NCBI RefSeq assembly: GCF_000315625.1
Contig: NW_005434660.1
Span: 680,738-744,737 of the forward strand
DNA: 64,000 bases
Source of the DNA: Guillardia theta CCMP2712
Lineage: Eukaryota; Protista; Cryptophyta
Reading direction: 5' to 3'
In this document: positions 1 through 15,716 of the stretch, piece after piece
How the letters are laid out: every line of letters begins with the position of its first letter
Position numbering within the stretch: the first letter of the stretch is position 1
Made by a program: the position numbers and the translations under genes
The notes under the pieces: model-generated
What the model was told of the DNA's origin: nothing
The model's input: only the letters and a program-made list of their open reading frames with translations
The model's database searches: none

Positions 1-1140
1 TGGATAGAGTTGGTGCTGCTCCCCGTGGGAGTCCCGAGGTCGGTGACGAGAGCAGCGAGCTTGTTCGGCTGACGAGCAGGGGCAGGGAGGTGGTAGATGG
101 ATACAAGCTCTTGTTCAAGAGCAACTCCATGCAAGGAGTTCACCTTGGTGACCTGCCGTCTCGCCTCCTCCCCTTTCGCTGATCTATGGAGCAGAAAGAT
201 TGAACGAGCAGCTGCTACGTGACGATCTCGGAGTTCAGCCTCTAGGACATCGGTGCTGATTCGGACTTTTCTTGCTCCCCTCACTGCCTCCTCAGCTTGT
301 TCCTGTTGGCCGATCGCGACAAGCGGCTCAAGGCCTTGGTTCTCTTGTCGAGTTGCCGCCCCTCGCTGATGCGTCTTGTTCTGGCAGCAGGAGAAGGAGA
401 GCGCGGAGCATGCTGCTTCAGATGGGAACGGCAACGATGGCTCGTTCCGTCATCGGTCCAGCTCGAGCGCACGGGTTAGCGAAGAGAGCAAGGGAGAGGA
501 GGGAGCGATGGAGGGAGAGGAGGGAGCGATGGAGGGAGAAGAGGAGCGATGGAGGGAGAGGAGGAGCGATGGAGGGAGAGGAGGGAGGTCATCGTGACTG
601 GCTGCAGGGCCATGGAGCACAACAAGCAGCTCACGGGAAGTCGAGGCTGTCGGAGGATCTGCACGCAAGAGTGAGTTTGACCAGCAGGAGCAGCGCGATG
701 TCAGTGACGTGAAAGTGAAGGTGGTGGACATCTCAAAAAGGAAATGCAACAAGAGGAAGAACTGGTCCCGGGACGAGAAGGAAGTCGCTCTACAGGTCTG
801 TCGGAAGAGGGGAGGAAGCAGCTCAACAAGCTGACGGGCTGAAAGGTTGTGGAGGCGCTGGATGGCTGTGTGGCTAGAGCTTCCAAGTTCTTGAGGTCAA
901 GGAAGGCAGGAGCCTTGAGCAGCTGACGTCAACGGCAGGGAAGAGGTCGGAGGATGCTTCGTCACCGTCTCCCGTCCACAGCTCTCCCTGTGGAAGAAGA
1001 AGAGGAACAGCGTGCACAAGAAGCGGTCAGTCGCTGTGCTGCCTTCGATGCCTTCTGACTTGAGGGAGACCCAGGGGCAGGAAGTCGACTTACTGCAAGG
1101 AGCTTCCCAAGAGCTCGCCAGTGCTGCCTCTCCCTCCTGA
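1..1140 (+). CDS. Spliced gene, 5' end uncertain, encoding a small helix-turn-helix DNA-binding-like protein
   Basis: Removing introns 796-845, 896-938 and about 1026-1064 gives KRKNWSRDEKEVALQ|VVEALDGCVARASKFLR|EEVGGCFVTVSRPQLSLWKKKR. This resembles Brinker/CENP-B/transposase N-terminal HTH domains. Confidence 0.45.
492..585 (+). repeat. About 4.5 copies of a 21-bp purine-rich tandem repeat (GAGGGAGCGATGGAGGGAGAG-like), probably intronic
   Basis: Directly visible; lies between a GTTAGC donor (about 475) and a CTGCAG acceptor (about 607). Confidence 0.8.
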
Positions 1141-1204
1141 AGCTTCGGGCTTGCCGGCCTCTTCGGTTACATGACCAGCTACTCAGTCATCGTCCTCACC
1201 TGGA

Positions 1205-2370
1205 GTGTCGAAGCTGCTCTACGCAAGCGATGGGCCGAGCAACTTCAAGTGGCTCAGTCAACCGACTCAGTGCCGGTGCCTGTCGATCTCTCGGACTCCG
1301 TCACGCCCGCCAGACTCGGAGGCTCAGAGAGCCGGAGGGTTTGAATGCCGCCGCCCAGCGGCCCGTGACAAGGACATCGGATGCAGCCGCGAGTGCTGCC
1401 GCTTGCCACCGTATCGGAGCCCGGTGATCTCAGTACGGTATGTAACAGGCCGGCTCGGATCGCTGGTGATTGGGGGGCGGCAGCCCGAACGGCGGCCGGC
1501 CCCATACTCAGTGACCGGTTCATCGGCGATGGTACTATCCCCGGGCGCCGGGCGGCGCGCCGTTTGTCACCGGCCGCGCCGTGCCGCTACTAGGCTATAC
1601 AACTTGGCCACCCCGGCGGCGGGCGCCGGCTCGGCCAGGGCAATCGTGGCAGTACTCCGGCGGTGCGCCGGCCGCCGCGCCGGCCGGCCGACGTCGGAGC
1701 CTGCCGTGCGGGCAGGCTGCCTCCAACGCCGCGGAGCCTCCGAGGCTCCGTGTGGCTGGCATTCGGGCGGCCGGCGACCCGGCGGCCTGGCGGGGCGTCC
1801 GATGATCATGCGGCGGCCGGGCCCGGCCCGGGGTGCCCGGGCCGCGGCCGGCGGCCCGGCACCGCTGGCACAGCCGCTCCTCTCGCGGCTGACTCACGCG
1901 GCCCGGGCAGTTCAACGGTTAGTAAACATGTGACGGAAGTTCGTCACTCATATGGCAACTTAAAGTACGCATGATTCGGCGGTGAGAAAGCCGCCGCCGG
2001 GACCGTCCCCGGAACGGTTGGCCGCCTCTCAGCCTGTCACACGGTCGGTGGGGCTGAGTCAGTTCAATCATCCCCCGGGCCCGGCTACCGCGTAGTGTAC
2101 CCGGTGACCGTCGCTGCCGCGGCCGCCAGCTCTGCCGAGGCTCTCAGTCAGGTCAATTGCCTTCAAAGTTCCGGCCTGCCAGTGCGTGACGGTTCACGGT
2201 TCCGACGGTTCACTGACCGGTTCAAAACGGTCCGAGTGTGGCAACGGAAGCCTGAAGTTTACTCAACTTGAAAGCACTGGCACACTGCCGGCGACTGAGT
2301 CAGACTAGTGAATCGGATCGGATGACTCCGAGTGACTCGCGGCGTCGGCCGGCGGCCCGCGCCGGGCACA
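1205..2370. other. GC/CpG-rich, palindrome-rich non-coding island
   Basis: Dense CCGG/GGCC/CGCG words and short inverted repeats such as GGAGCCT-ccg-AGGCTCC and GTGACG-gaagtt-CGTCAC. Its ORFs are Arg/Ala/Pro/Gly-rich noise. Confidence 0.75.
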
Positions 2371-2439
2371 TCCCACTTTTAAAACTATGATTATTGCTAT
2401 TTTATTTATAAAATGAATCATATAATTCATTTTAGGAAC

Positions 2440-3420
2440 TACCGTTGGAGCTGGCCAGTACCCCGGGCTCAAGGACCCAAAGACCACCCCCCTTGATGGC
2501 CCTCGATGACAACTCAGGGCCATACCCACCCACCCCCTCAACTCCCCTGGCCCCCACCACTGCATCTGCGAATGATCAGAGGGCCGCCGGTCGCTCTAGT
2601 ACGGGTACCCCTTATCACCCATTGCCTTTCATAGCAAAGGACCGGTACTTTTAATTCCAACTACCTACCCCCTTGATCAGATGACGGACGGTGCGACCCA
2701 CCACGTACCCCCAGTCCGGGTCATGGGGGCCACCAAATCTAACCAGGATTGAGCTTGACCACCCCACCCTATCACGAGGCATGTTCCCCCGATTTGGCGA
2801 GCACTAGGGGTGCTTATTATTTGCCAAGGCTGTGCTCTTGATAGCACCACCCCATTCACAACGAACTTGAACCCCTACTTGAATGCGGATTGATTGATGA
2901 ACCCCTGGTATTATCTGTATTCTCGTGGCGTAGGTACGGGTATTTTACACACCCTTCATGAAAGGACCCTGTCGATGTTTGTCTTGCCGTCGTCTGACCT
3001 CTCGGTGAATCCCAAAAAAGGTACCGTACCCACCCCTCCTCCGTATTTCACCCCACCCCTCTGGAAGATCATTCTTGGTAGTACCCACCTACTGAGTACC
3101 TTAGACCATCCGATCTTCACCACGGGTGGCTGTCACTTGTCTGAGCACCGTGAGACGGTGGTGTTGCTACCGTTCGTACCCGGTACTTTTCCCGGCTTCC
3201 AACCCCTCTTGACTTACCCCTACCCACTCATCCCCACTTCCCACCCACCCTTTTGATTCGGCTTTGTAGGTATAGGTTAGGCAGAGTAAGGTTATGATAC
3301 CACCCCCACCCCTAAATTGCCATCCAAAGGGTTCCACCCTACCCCTTCCGTCTTGTTATGACCATTTCTATACCCTCACCACCCCTCCCCCTATACCACC
3401 CCACCATGTCTGAGGAGGGC
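2440..3420 (+). promoter_or_regulatory. C-skewed (T/C)ACCCC-rich tract upstream of the kinase gene (putative promoter-proximal element)
   Basis: Dozens of dispersed TACCC/CACCC words on the + strand. The regulatory role is inferred from position only. Confidence 0.45.
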
Positions 3421-4134
3421 CTCATTACCGGTTGAGACTGGATTGGATCTCGCAATGAGCAACGACGCCAGCATGATGAAAGCAGCATGCGCTTGTCTGA
3501 GACAGCTTCTGCCCTCTCAGCCTCCTCCTCCTCTCTCCTCTCTAACCTCCGCAACATTCTTGCTCCTCTCTTGCTAGCATCCTGTTCTGTCGAATGTTTA
3601 CTTCAGGGAATTTTCATGCCAGACAAATGATGGTTGTGCCCCGATACTTCAGAAGCGCTTGATGCTTCTTCATGTACTTTGAATGTCTCTGCCTGCGATT
3701 CAATGGTTTCTTTCTTTTGTTCTTGTTTTGTGGGATCTTGTCTGCTGATTGCCAATTACTTGTATTTGATCTTGTGGGAACATCGGTGAGTCGTCGATCA
3801 TTACCTCCACCCTTTCTGTATGCACAAAGAGTCATCTCACAATTTTGTTACATCAGAGAGTGTTTTGATGATTCCTGTAACATGGAGAGCTCGCTTTGAG
3901 GTCTTGAACTTCAGCAATGTGTCATTTTGTGTGGAACCATTCGTTGTGCCTCTTTCCCCTGTTTGCCCAGGTTTGAACGAATCATGAAGAAACCAAACCC
4001 ATTTTAACTCATTTGTTCTGTTCTTTTAAAGACCGATTTTTGTCTTGATCTTATTCCCTGACAGCGTTCATTTGACAGGGATTCCAAACATCCATGGAAA
4101 CTTGGTATCAAGATTATTCATATCCTTGAATTCC

Positions 4135-5848
4135 ATGGAGCCGTCGGACTGCGCAAAACCAATGAAGAGCTCTGTGTCTGGCCCGTACCAGATCCCTGAA
4201 TGTCAGGAGTGCCCGTTTGTTTTTGTTGATGGGGATCAGGTGCCCCTGCCTCGGATCGACTCGAGGTCGTTGAAGCTTGGAGCGCGGCTGGGGGCTGATG
4301 AGAGCAGCAACTCGCAAGTCTACTCTGCCGAGTATCGAGAGCCGGTGTCAGACACGAGACATGTCGTTGCCGTCAAGACCTTCCAGCGATGCGAGACAGA
4401 CGAAGAACTACGTGCTGTCCATCATGAGATCGGGTTGCTCACCTTTGCCTCCAACCAACTTCATCACACGGCACGATGCATCGGGTGGTGTGAGAATAAT
4501 GATGGCAGCCTCGCGGTTGTGATGAAAAGATATCAGCAGTCTCTCTTTGCTAAACTGCAGCAGACCGGAAAGTTTCCTCTATACATGGTGATAGACTATG
4601 GCAAAAAGATTGCGATGGCCATGGCAGAGTTACACGCGTATAACATTGTTCTTTGTGACATGAAGCCTGAAAACATCTTGTTGGACGAGTTCAACAACAT
4701 AGCCATCTCTGACTTTGGAGTAAGCGTGCTGCTCAAGAATCACGAGCAAAACTCATTGGACGATCACATTCTACACGGAACTTTCAACTACATGAGCCCC
4801 GAGGCCTTCGACCCACACACCTTCGGGCGGTTGTCAACCAAGTCGGATTGCTGGAGTTTTGCTTGCTGCATCATTGAAATGATCACGGGGAAAAGCCCTG
4901 GCACACAGGTTCAAAGTCTGGGATCTGTTACAAGGTCACGCACTGTAGACAGCATCCAGGTGCAAATTTTGATGGTTGTGAATTTCTCCTTGACTTCTTT
5001 TTGCAGACATCCCGTCGGGTTTGCCTGAGGATGTCAAGCAGCTGCTGGCTTCATGCTTCTCCTTTGATAGCGCGAAGAGGCCGTCCTTCAGACAGATCTA
5101 CAGCATGTTTGCTCAGGCCCAGAGGATACCCGGCGAAAGGAAGGAGCATTCTCTACCAAGAAGTTTTGAGGAGGCGAAGGAATTGTGGGATTCAGATCGT
5201 AAGAACATGTTAACCAAGATCAAGAACGATGCGGAAGTTATCTCTCAACTGCAATCATCGATCAAACATTACCAGGATGTCAATGAAAAACTGCAGGAGC
5301 AGCTCGTCTCGGTTGTGAACGGATTCCGAGAGAGCCAGAGACTGTCGAATGCGCAGCATGGGGCCGAACAGGGTGCTGGGCAGAACGGATCGGCAACGGA
5401 TGCATTGAAGCAGTGTCAGAAGCAGAAGGAGATCGCAAAACAGATGCTGCGACAAGAGAGCGCTCGAACGCGCGAGTTGTCAGAGCAGGTGACGAAGCTG
5501 CTCAGCATGAAGTCAGACATGCAGATGCTGCTGAGAGAAATCTTCTTGGATTCTCGAGTCGCCATGGATCAAGTGTCTGTGATGCTTGCTGACACGATGG
5601 ACCAAGATCGTGTGATTTCTCATGTCAAACCTCAGGGTCCTCTTGTTCGGGCGCATGTCGGACATGCGAACGTCGTTCGGTTCCCCCCTGGGAGTGAGGG
5701 GGGAGGATTCATGCAGGAGGAGCTGACGGTAGAGGACTGGAAGCATCTCTACCTGGAGAACCTAAGCTTGTCTCAAGCCTCCACCCCTGCCATCTCAGCC
5801 TACAACTCACTTGAAACCAACGCGCATGGCGACCTCCGACTAGTCTGA
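4135..5848 (+). CDS. Ser/Thr protein kinase (non-RD, KEG-like/TKL-type) with C-terminal coiled coil; apparent 1-nt frameshift at about 4890
   Basis: Motifs VAVK, LCDMKPEN, DFG, GTFNYMSPE and SDCWSFAC. Intron 4960-5006, then subdomain XI CFSFDSAKRPSF and a heptad-rich tail. Confidence 0.85.
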
Positions 5849-5881
5849 GGTCGCCTCTGTGATGGTTGGCGAATAAACCTC

Positions 5882-10620
<4,739 letters not shown>

Positions 10621-10750
10621 TCGGGGAGGGAAGGGAGGGAGTGGGAGGGGGAGGGGAGGGGAGGGGAGGGGAGGGGGAGGGGAGGGGGAGGGGAGGGGGA
10701 GGAGGAGGGAGGGGAGGGGGAGGGGAGGGGGAGGAGGAGGGAGGGAGGCG

Positions 10751-10850
10751 NNNNNNNNNNNNNNNNNNNNNNNNNNNNNNNNNNNNNNNNNNNNNNNNNN
10801 NNNNNNNNNNNNNNNNNNNNNNNNNNNNNNNNNNNNNNNNNNNNNNNNNN
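10751..10850. other. Assembly gap (100 N), preceded by a G/A-rich low-complexity tract
   Basis: N bases. Confidence 0.99.
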
Positions 10851-11580
10851 AGAAGGATGATCCTGGACGACGATGGCAAAGAGATCGGCTACGGAAAGGG
10901 CGTGGTGAGAGATGAAACATCAACGTCTGGATTTCTCATTTCTAACTATCATTTCATCTTCAAGGTCTTATCCTGGTAGCCGGAGAGAGGATGGAGCTGA
11001 GGGAGCTGAGGGATAGCGGGAAAAGGAAAAAGTGAGAGAGAGAGGAGAAGCGAGAGAAGACAGTGTTGAGAGGATTGAGAGACCAGAAATTCTAGAGAGG
11101 TTGGGATGAATAGCGAAAGTGTGGGAAGAGGGAAGAGAGGAGGAAGAAGTAGATGAAAAGGACTAGTTAGAATACAAACATGACAGAGAGAGGGAGTAGA
11201 AGAGAGAGAGGAAGAGAGAGCGGGGTGGGGTGGGGGGCGGAAGCGAGTGGAGAGGGAATGGGCGAGGAGGAGAAGAAAGGGAAGAAGGGGACATAGGAAT
11301 GTTTGATAACTGAAGGATGGAATTGAAGTGTTTGAAAAGGAAATAACAAGCTACAACAAGTATCGATGTTGAAAGAAGAATGACAAAAAACGAAGCTTAC
11401 AAATTCAGATGGAAAATTTCATCATGCTGAGATGATGGTTGACGAGATCTACTTAGCTCAGAATGTTGCTGTGTCTTTGTCGAATCTGTTAGGGATGGTA
11501 CAACCACAACTTTCAACGCTCCTCCCCTTGCGAATCTGATGTCAGCTGACAGGTTAGTGGGAGAAGAATCAGACGAGAGG

Positions 11581-12749
11581 ATGCAGCGCGCGCCTCTAGC
11601 GGCTGCTTTTTTATCCTCCCTCTGTCTCACCTTCCTGGTTGTCATCACCCTCATCTCCCGCCCGAGGGCCCAAGTGGACTTGTCAAGTGCGGGAGCATGG
11701 CCGCGCGTCGGAGAGGTCCTTCACAACGTTAGGGTGGAGCATCCTCGTCGATCCAGAGCACACAGGATCAGGAAGGGGGAGCCGCTGGTGACGGCTAAGA
11801 GCGAGGAAGAGGCAAGAGAGGAGCTGAAGGGCACCAGCATCCCGGCTGCGACCCAGCAGCTGAGATACACTGGAAGCTATGCCGACACGTCATACGTTGT
11901 CAACGCTCCCGCTGGCGATCCCGCAACGGTGTACGCACATCACAGCATCTGGCCGGCGAAGGTAGACCCGAAGATGCCGTACATTGAGACGGTGACGATG
12001 ATGCTGCTTGCTGCTGTCGCCCCCTCATTGTTTCCTTCAGGTTCATGCAGATGGGACTCCCTACATGCAACCGCTCACAGTCTACGCTCCCCCCGGAGGC
12101 GCCGTTGTGAGCTCCATCATGCCTGGAACTTCGGCTAGACCCCCCATCCCCACACGATATGCCATGGTCAACCATGGATCCCCTGCTGCCGAAACCCTGA
12201 CGCCTTTGCACAGCTTCCTGAAGCAGACAACGCTCCTCTTGACAACACGGTGCGTGCTCGGCTGCTCTTGTGTGTCTGAGAAGTGAGAGGTCGGATGAAC
12301 AGGTGTATCAGTGCCAGCCGTCGGGGTACATGATTGGACCCGTCGGTTATCATTGCACTCCTGCGTGCAAGGACAGGTTGCCACTTGCGCCAGTCACACG
12401 CGTCACTGAGTCACCTGCTCTAGCGCACTCTGGCGGTCGGATTACGGAGACTGCTCTGTCTACCGGTCAGCCATCAAGCCAGGAGGCTTCAAGGACTATT
12501 GCGGGTCCGACAAGGTGAGTGTCGTAAAGCACAAGGTCTCTCCTCATGTTCCATGGCAGGACATCGCTGGAGTCCCAGCAACCGTCGCCTGTCCCGTCTC
12601 CTGTGGAACTTGCGGCATCGGCCTCTGCTACGTCAAGGAGAAATTCAAGTGAGCTTGTCGGCCATATGTGCTTGCAGCTCTGACTTGATGGCAGGGCTTG
12701 CAAGCTGAGCACGTATTCGACCGAAGAGTCCGAGGAGACTGTCGCATGA
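11581..12749 (+). CDS. Hypothetical protein with N-terminal signal peptide/anchor, multi-exon
   Basis: Hydrophobic N-terminus MQRAPLAAAFLSSLCLTFLVVITLISR. Short introns at about 11992-12040, 12250-12302, 12515-12558 and 12649 onward. Confidence 0.65.
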
Positions 12750-12809
12750 TCGCACCAGCTCAGCGCATAACCCTTGAACTAGGATGGGAGATTCATCTTA
12801 CATGTAAAT

Positions 12810-13800
12810 CATAAAGCAAGAGAGTGCGAGGTCAGTGCAGTTGAGGGTACCCGAGATCTAGTCGTTGAGTTGAGCCCGTCTGGACCAGCCCGTTCGGAGC
12901 AGCGAGTGAACCAAATGCGAAGGGTCACAGAGACGTGTCCGAGTCTGAGACCGATGCCCATGATTCTTTCAGGCCCATGCAACGATGAAACCAACAAGAT
13001 CGTTTTCTCCTTGTCTTATGTTGTTAAGATACTTCCTGCTCCAGAGCGTCTTCGCACGAGATATGAACGGGTGCCCTCGAGCTGGTCAGCTAGTCACGAT
13101 GATGATATCCCCGCAGGGCACTGCTGACCGTTGGCGATGTGATGATACGGAATAAGTGTTCCATGCAGACAACGACGAGAGTTGTGACTGATAGTTTTAT
13201 CAAGAATAAAAAATAAAACAGAAAAAACAAGGATGGATAAGATCAAAATTCTTGAGATAAATGAACAGGGCTGGAATCTCACGACAAGGGGTTGCTTGAA
13301 AGAGCAGACTTCATAGCGATAAGATCTGATGCGATAGCATAAACAGGTCTTCGTCTTCATCGCTCAAAGCACATATGCGCCGCGTCTGTAAACAGCAAGC
13401 CGGCGTTGTTGCCGAGCTCGGACAGCAATGTCTTTGAGGCGTGCGGCTCCTCGTGCAGGTTCTGGAGGTCCTGACTGATGCTCTCTGCCTCCACGATCAT
13501 GTCACTGGAAGGCTTTGCCTCGTCCTTGCCTGAGCCATCATCCGATATGCTAACGCTTGGCCGGCGGTTCTGTGGAGATGTGGAGCGGTTCTGCGGGGAC
13601 GTGGAGCGACTGAGAACGCTCTGAACTCCCAAAGAAACTGGGGTCTGGGATGCAATCCATCGTACCGCATCATCCTGGCCATTTGACTGTGAGAGCTCCT
13701 GGAAGAAGTACATGTCCGCGATCGACGGTCTGGTCCGTCCTGCGGTAGGTTCGGCGTCGTTTCCATCTGTGCAATCGGGTTGCCCGTCAAGTTTGCACAT
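12810..13800 (-). CDS. Hypothetical Ser-rich protein, 3' exons uncertain
   Basis: Open frame MCKLDGQPDC...LFTDAAHM containing a duplicated RSTSPQN; no recognisable domain. Confidence 0.45.
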
Positions 13801-14640
13801 CTTCGAGAAACTCTGATGCTGGAATGAGAACCAGGTGGAAGGAGAAAAGAACCGTTGAGAGTCTGCGGGCGATGAGCAGCAAGGGAAGGCAAGGCAGTGA
13901 CAGCAGCACTGTGCTAGTGAGAGAGCGAGCTGTGCGAGGACGGCACGAGGTTCCAAAGGTTTTTGGGGAACATGGACTTTATTTGTATTGTAACCACCAG
14001 ATCAAAAAGATTAGAAACGACGCAATATTGCAACGTTTCGATCTTGAGTATTGATGATCTGTCATCACGAGATACCCGCCCAGCAACCTCAAGAGTAAGA
14101 TTCGCAACCGCTGACTATTTAAAGCAGTTTTAAAAGTAAAATCACGTTACATACTTGTCAGCACTCATGCCATCACCATGGCACAATCATGGCAGGGTCT
14201 TTTGAGAGGTGACCCCTACCCCCCATTTACAATGCGTTCACTAGGCATATCACCGGTACTTACCCACAACCTCTTCAGGTCCTATTGCCTCCGTGGCCCT
14301 CCGGTCGCCGCACCAGTCATGTCTGTTACGACTGAAGTTCAATTTCCTTCCCTTGCCTCCCTACCCCAGATATTTCATATGTCGACTCATAGTTATTCTT
14401 ACATAGCTCTCATCTACCCATTTGCGCCCCGGTGCTGGCGCTGCCTCCCTTCCCTTGCCGGCAGATGCCGGTCAGCCATCCCGTCATATCACGAGGTCAA
14501 GAGACGTGTAGTAAACTCTCAGTCAATTGGCCCGGCGGGCCCGGGGCTCCGACTCGTCGCCGGGTCTTTCAAAATCAGTCACTCAGTCCGGACAACGGCC
14601 CGCCTCAGATCCCCTCCACAACACACCTCGAAGAGACGCC

Positions 14641-15523
14641 ATGGCTTCCATGAGCTTGTCGGCAGGGGGAAGGCGAAGAGCGTCGGGGATGGCGACGATG
14701 ATGGCGGCTGTGATGGGGCTGCTAGTTGCCATGCTGGTTGTTAACGGCGTCTTGCAATCCTCCAAGGGTGAGGATGAGTACATGCTCGTGCAGATGGGTA
14801 TGGGAGCGGAGGAGGAGAACGACAAGATGTTGATCAATGCGCTCGGCGCCGAGGACGGAGACACAACCAAGGAGGTGGAGGAGATGACAGAAGAAGAGGT
14901 CCTAGCCGCCGAGGAGGCAACTCAAGAAGGGGTAGATGAAGAGATCAACAATGCCCTCGCGGACGCTGAGAGTGCGGCTAAAGGTGCTGAGCTCCCTGCA
15001 CTGAATATCTTGTCTGTGTACTTGTTCCAGCGGTCCATTTCCACTCATTTTTCTCCTACAACCATTCATCTGCATCATCCTCTGCATCCCCTTCTGCATC
15101 CTCCCCTTGCATCCCCTTTCCTGATGTCGTCTTTCCAATGTCCCCCTTGTCGCCTCGAATGTTCCTCCTTCTTCCCCTACTTCCTCTCCCCTCGGTTCTT
15201 GTCTTTGCCGCATGTGCTGAACATAGGGTTTGATTGTTCTTTTCCAGCGACGTACGAAAGCGACATCGAGAAGTACAAATCCCAAGAAGCTGGCATGGGT
15301 CATTCCGGCTGGGTACAGAGCTGGGCGCGAGCACGGAGGTCCGTAGGACTTGCTCAACCTGTGAGGAGAGCAGAGATGCAGCAGTTGGCCATGGCGCAAC
15401 GGAGGACGCGAAGAGCGAGATCGTCCTCGGTTCCCATTCCCCTGTGAGCAGGTGCAGGTAGACGAGGATGCTGCCGACGTCGGTCAAGGACGTTGTCGTT
15501 TTAATTCATGATGAAAGAGTTAG
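14641..15523 (+). CDS. Hypothetical signal-anchored acidic protein
   Basis: TM segment MMAAVMGLLVAMLVVNGVL followed by an E/D-rich region. Pyrimidine-rich intron at about 14984-15247. Confidence 0.65.
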
Positions 15524-15716
15524 TAAAATAGCGGTAGAGAAGGTGGACGGAGGAACGAGCCGCCTGCAGCCTCTAGGTGTTGTCTCTCAACTTCTCTGAA
15601 GCTGTGGGGGCAGCAAGACGATAGTCAGGGGGAGGAAGCATCAACTTCAGCTCTCACCATACTCCATCTCTGTCTGGGAGTTCCGTGACTCTGCAGCGGC
15701 CTAATGATGATGGAAG

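Noticed and set aside
1205-1974. 242-aa and overlapping ORFs in the GC island (likewise 56300-57330 and 17176-17838)
   Set aside because: Arg/Pro/Ala/Gly-rich, open in several frames on both strands, no motifs; explained by stop-codon scarcity in GC-rich DNA.
2440-3420. C-rich tracts as interstitial telomeric repeats
   Set aside because: The words are dispersed and variable, not tandem copies of a fixed unit.
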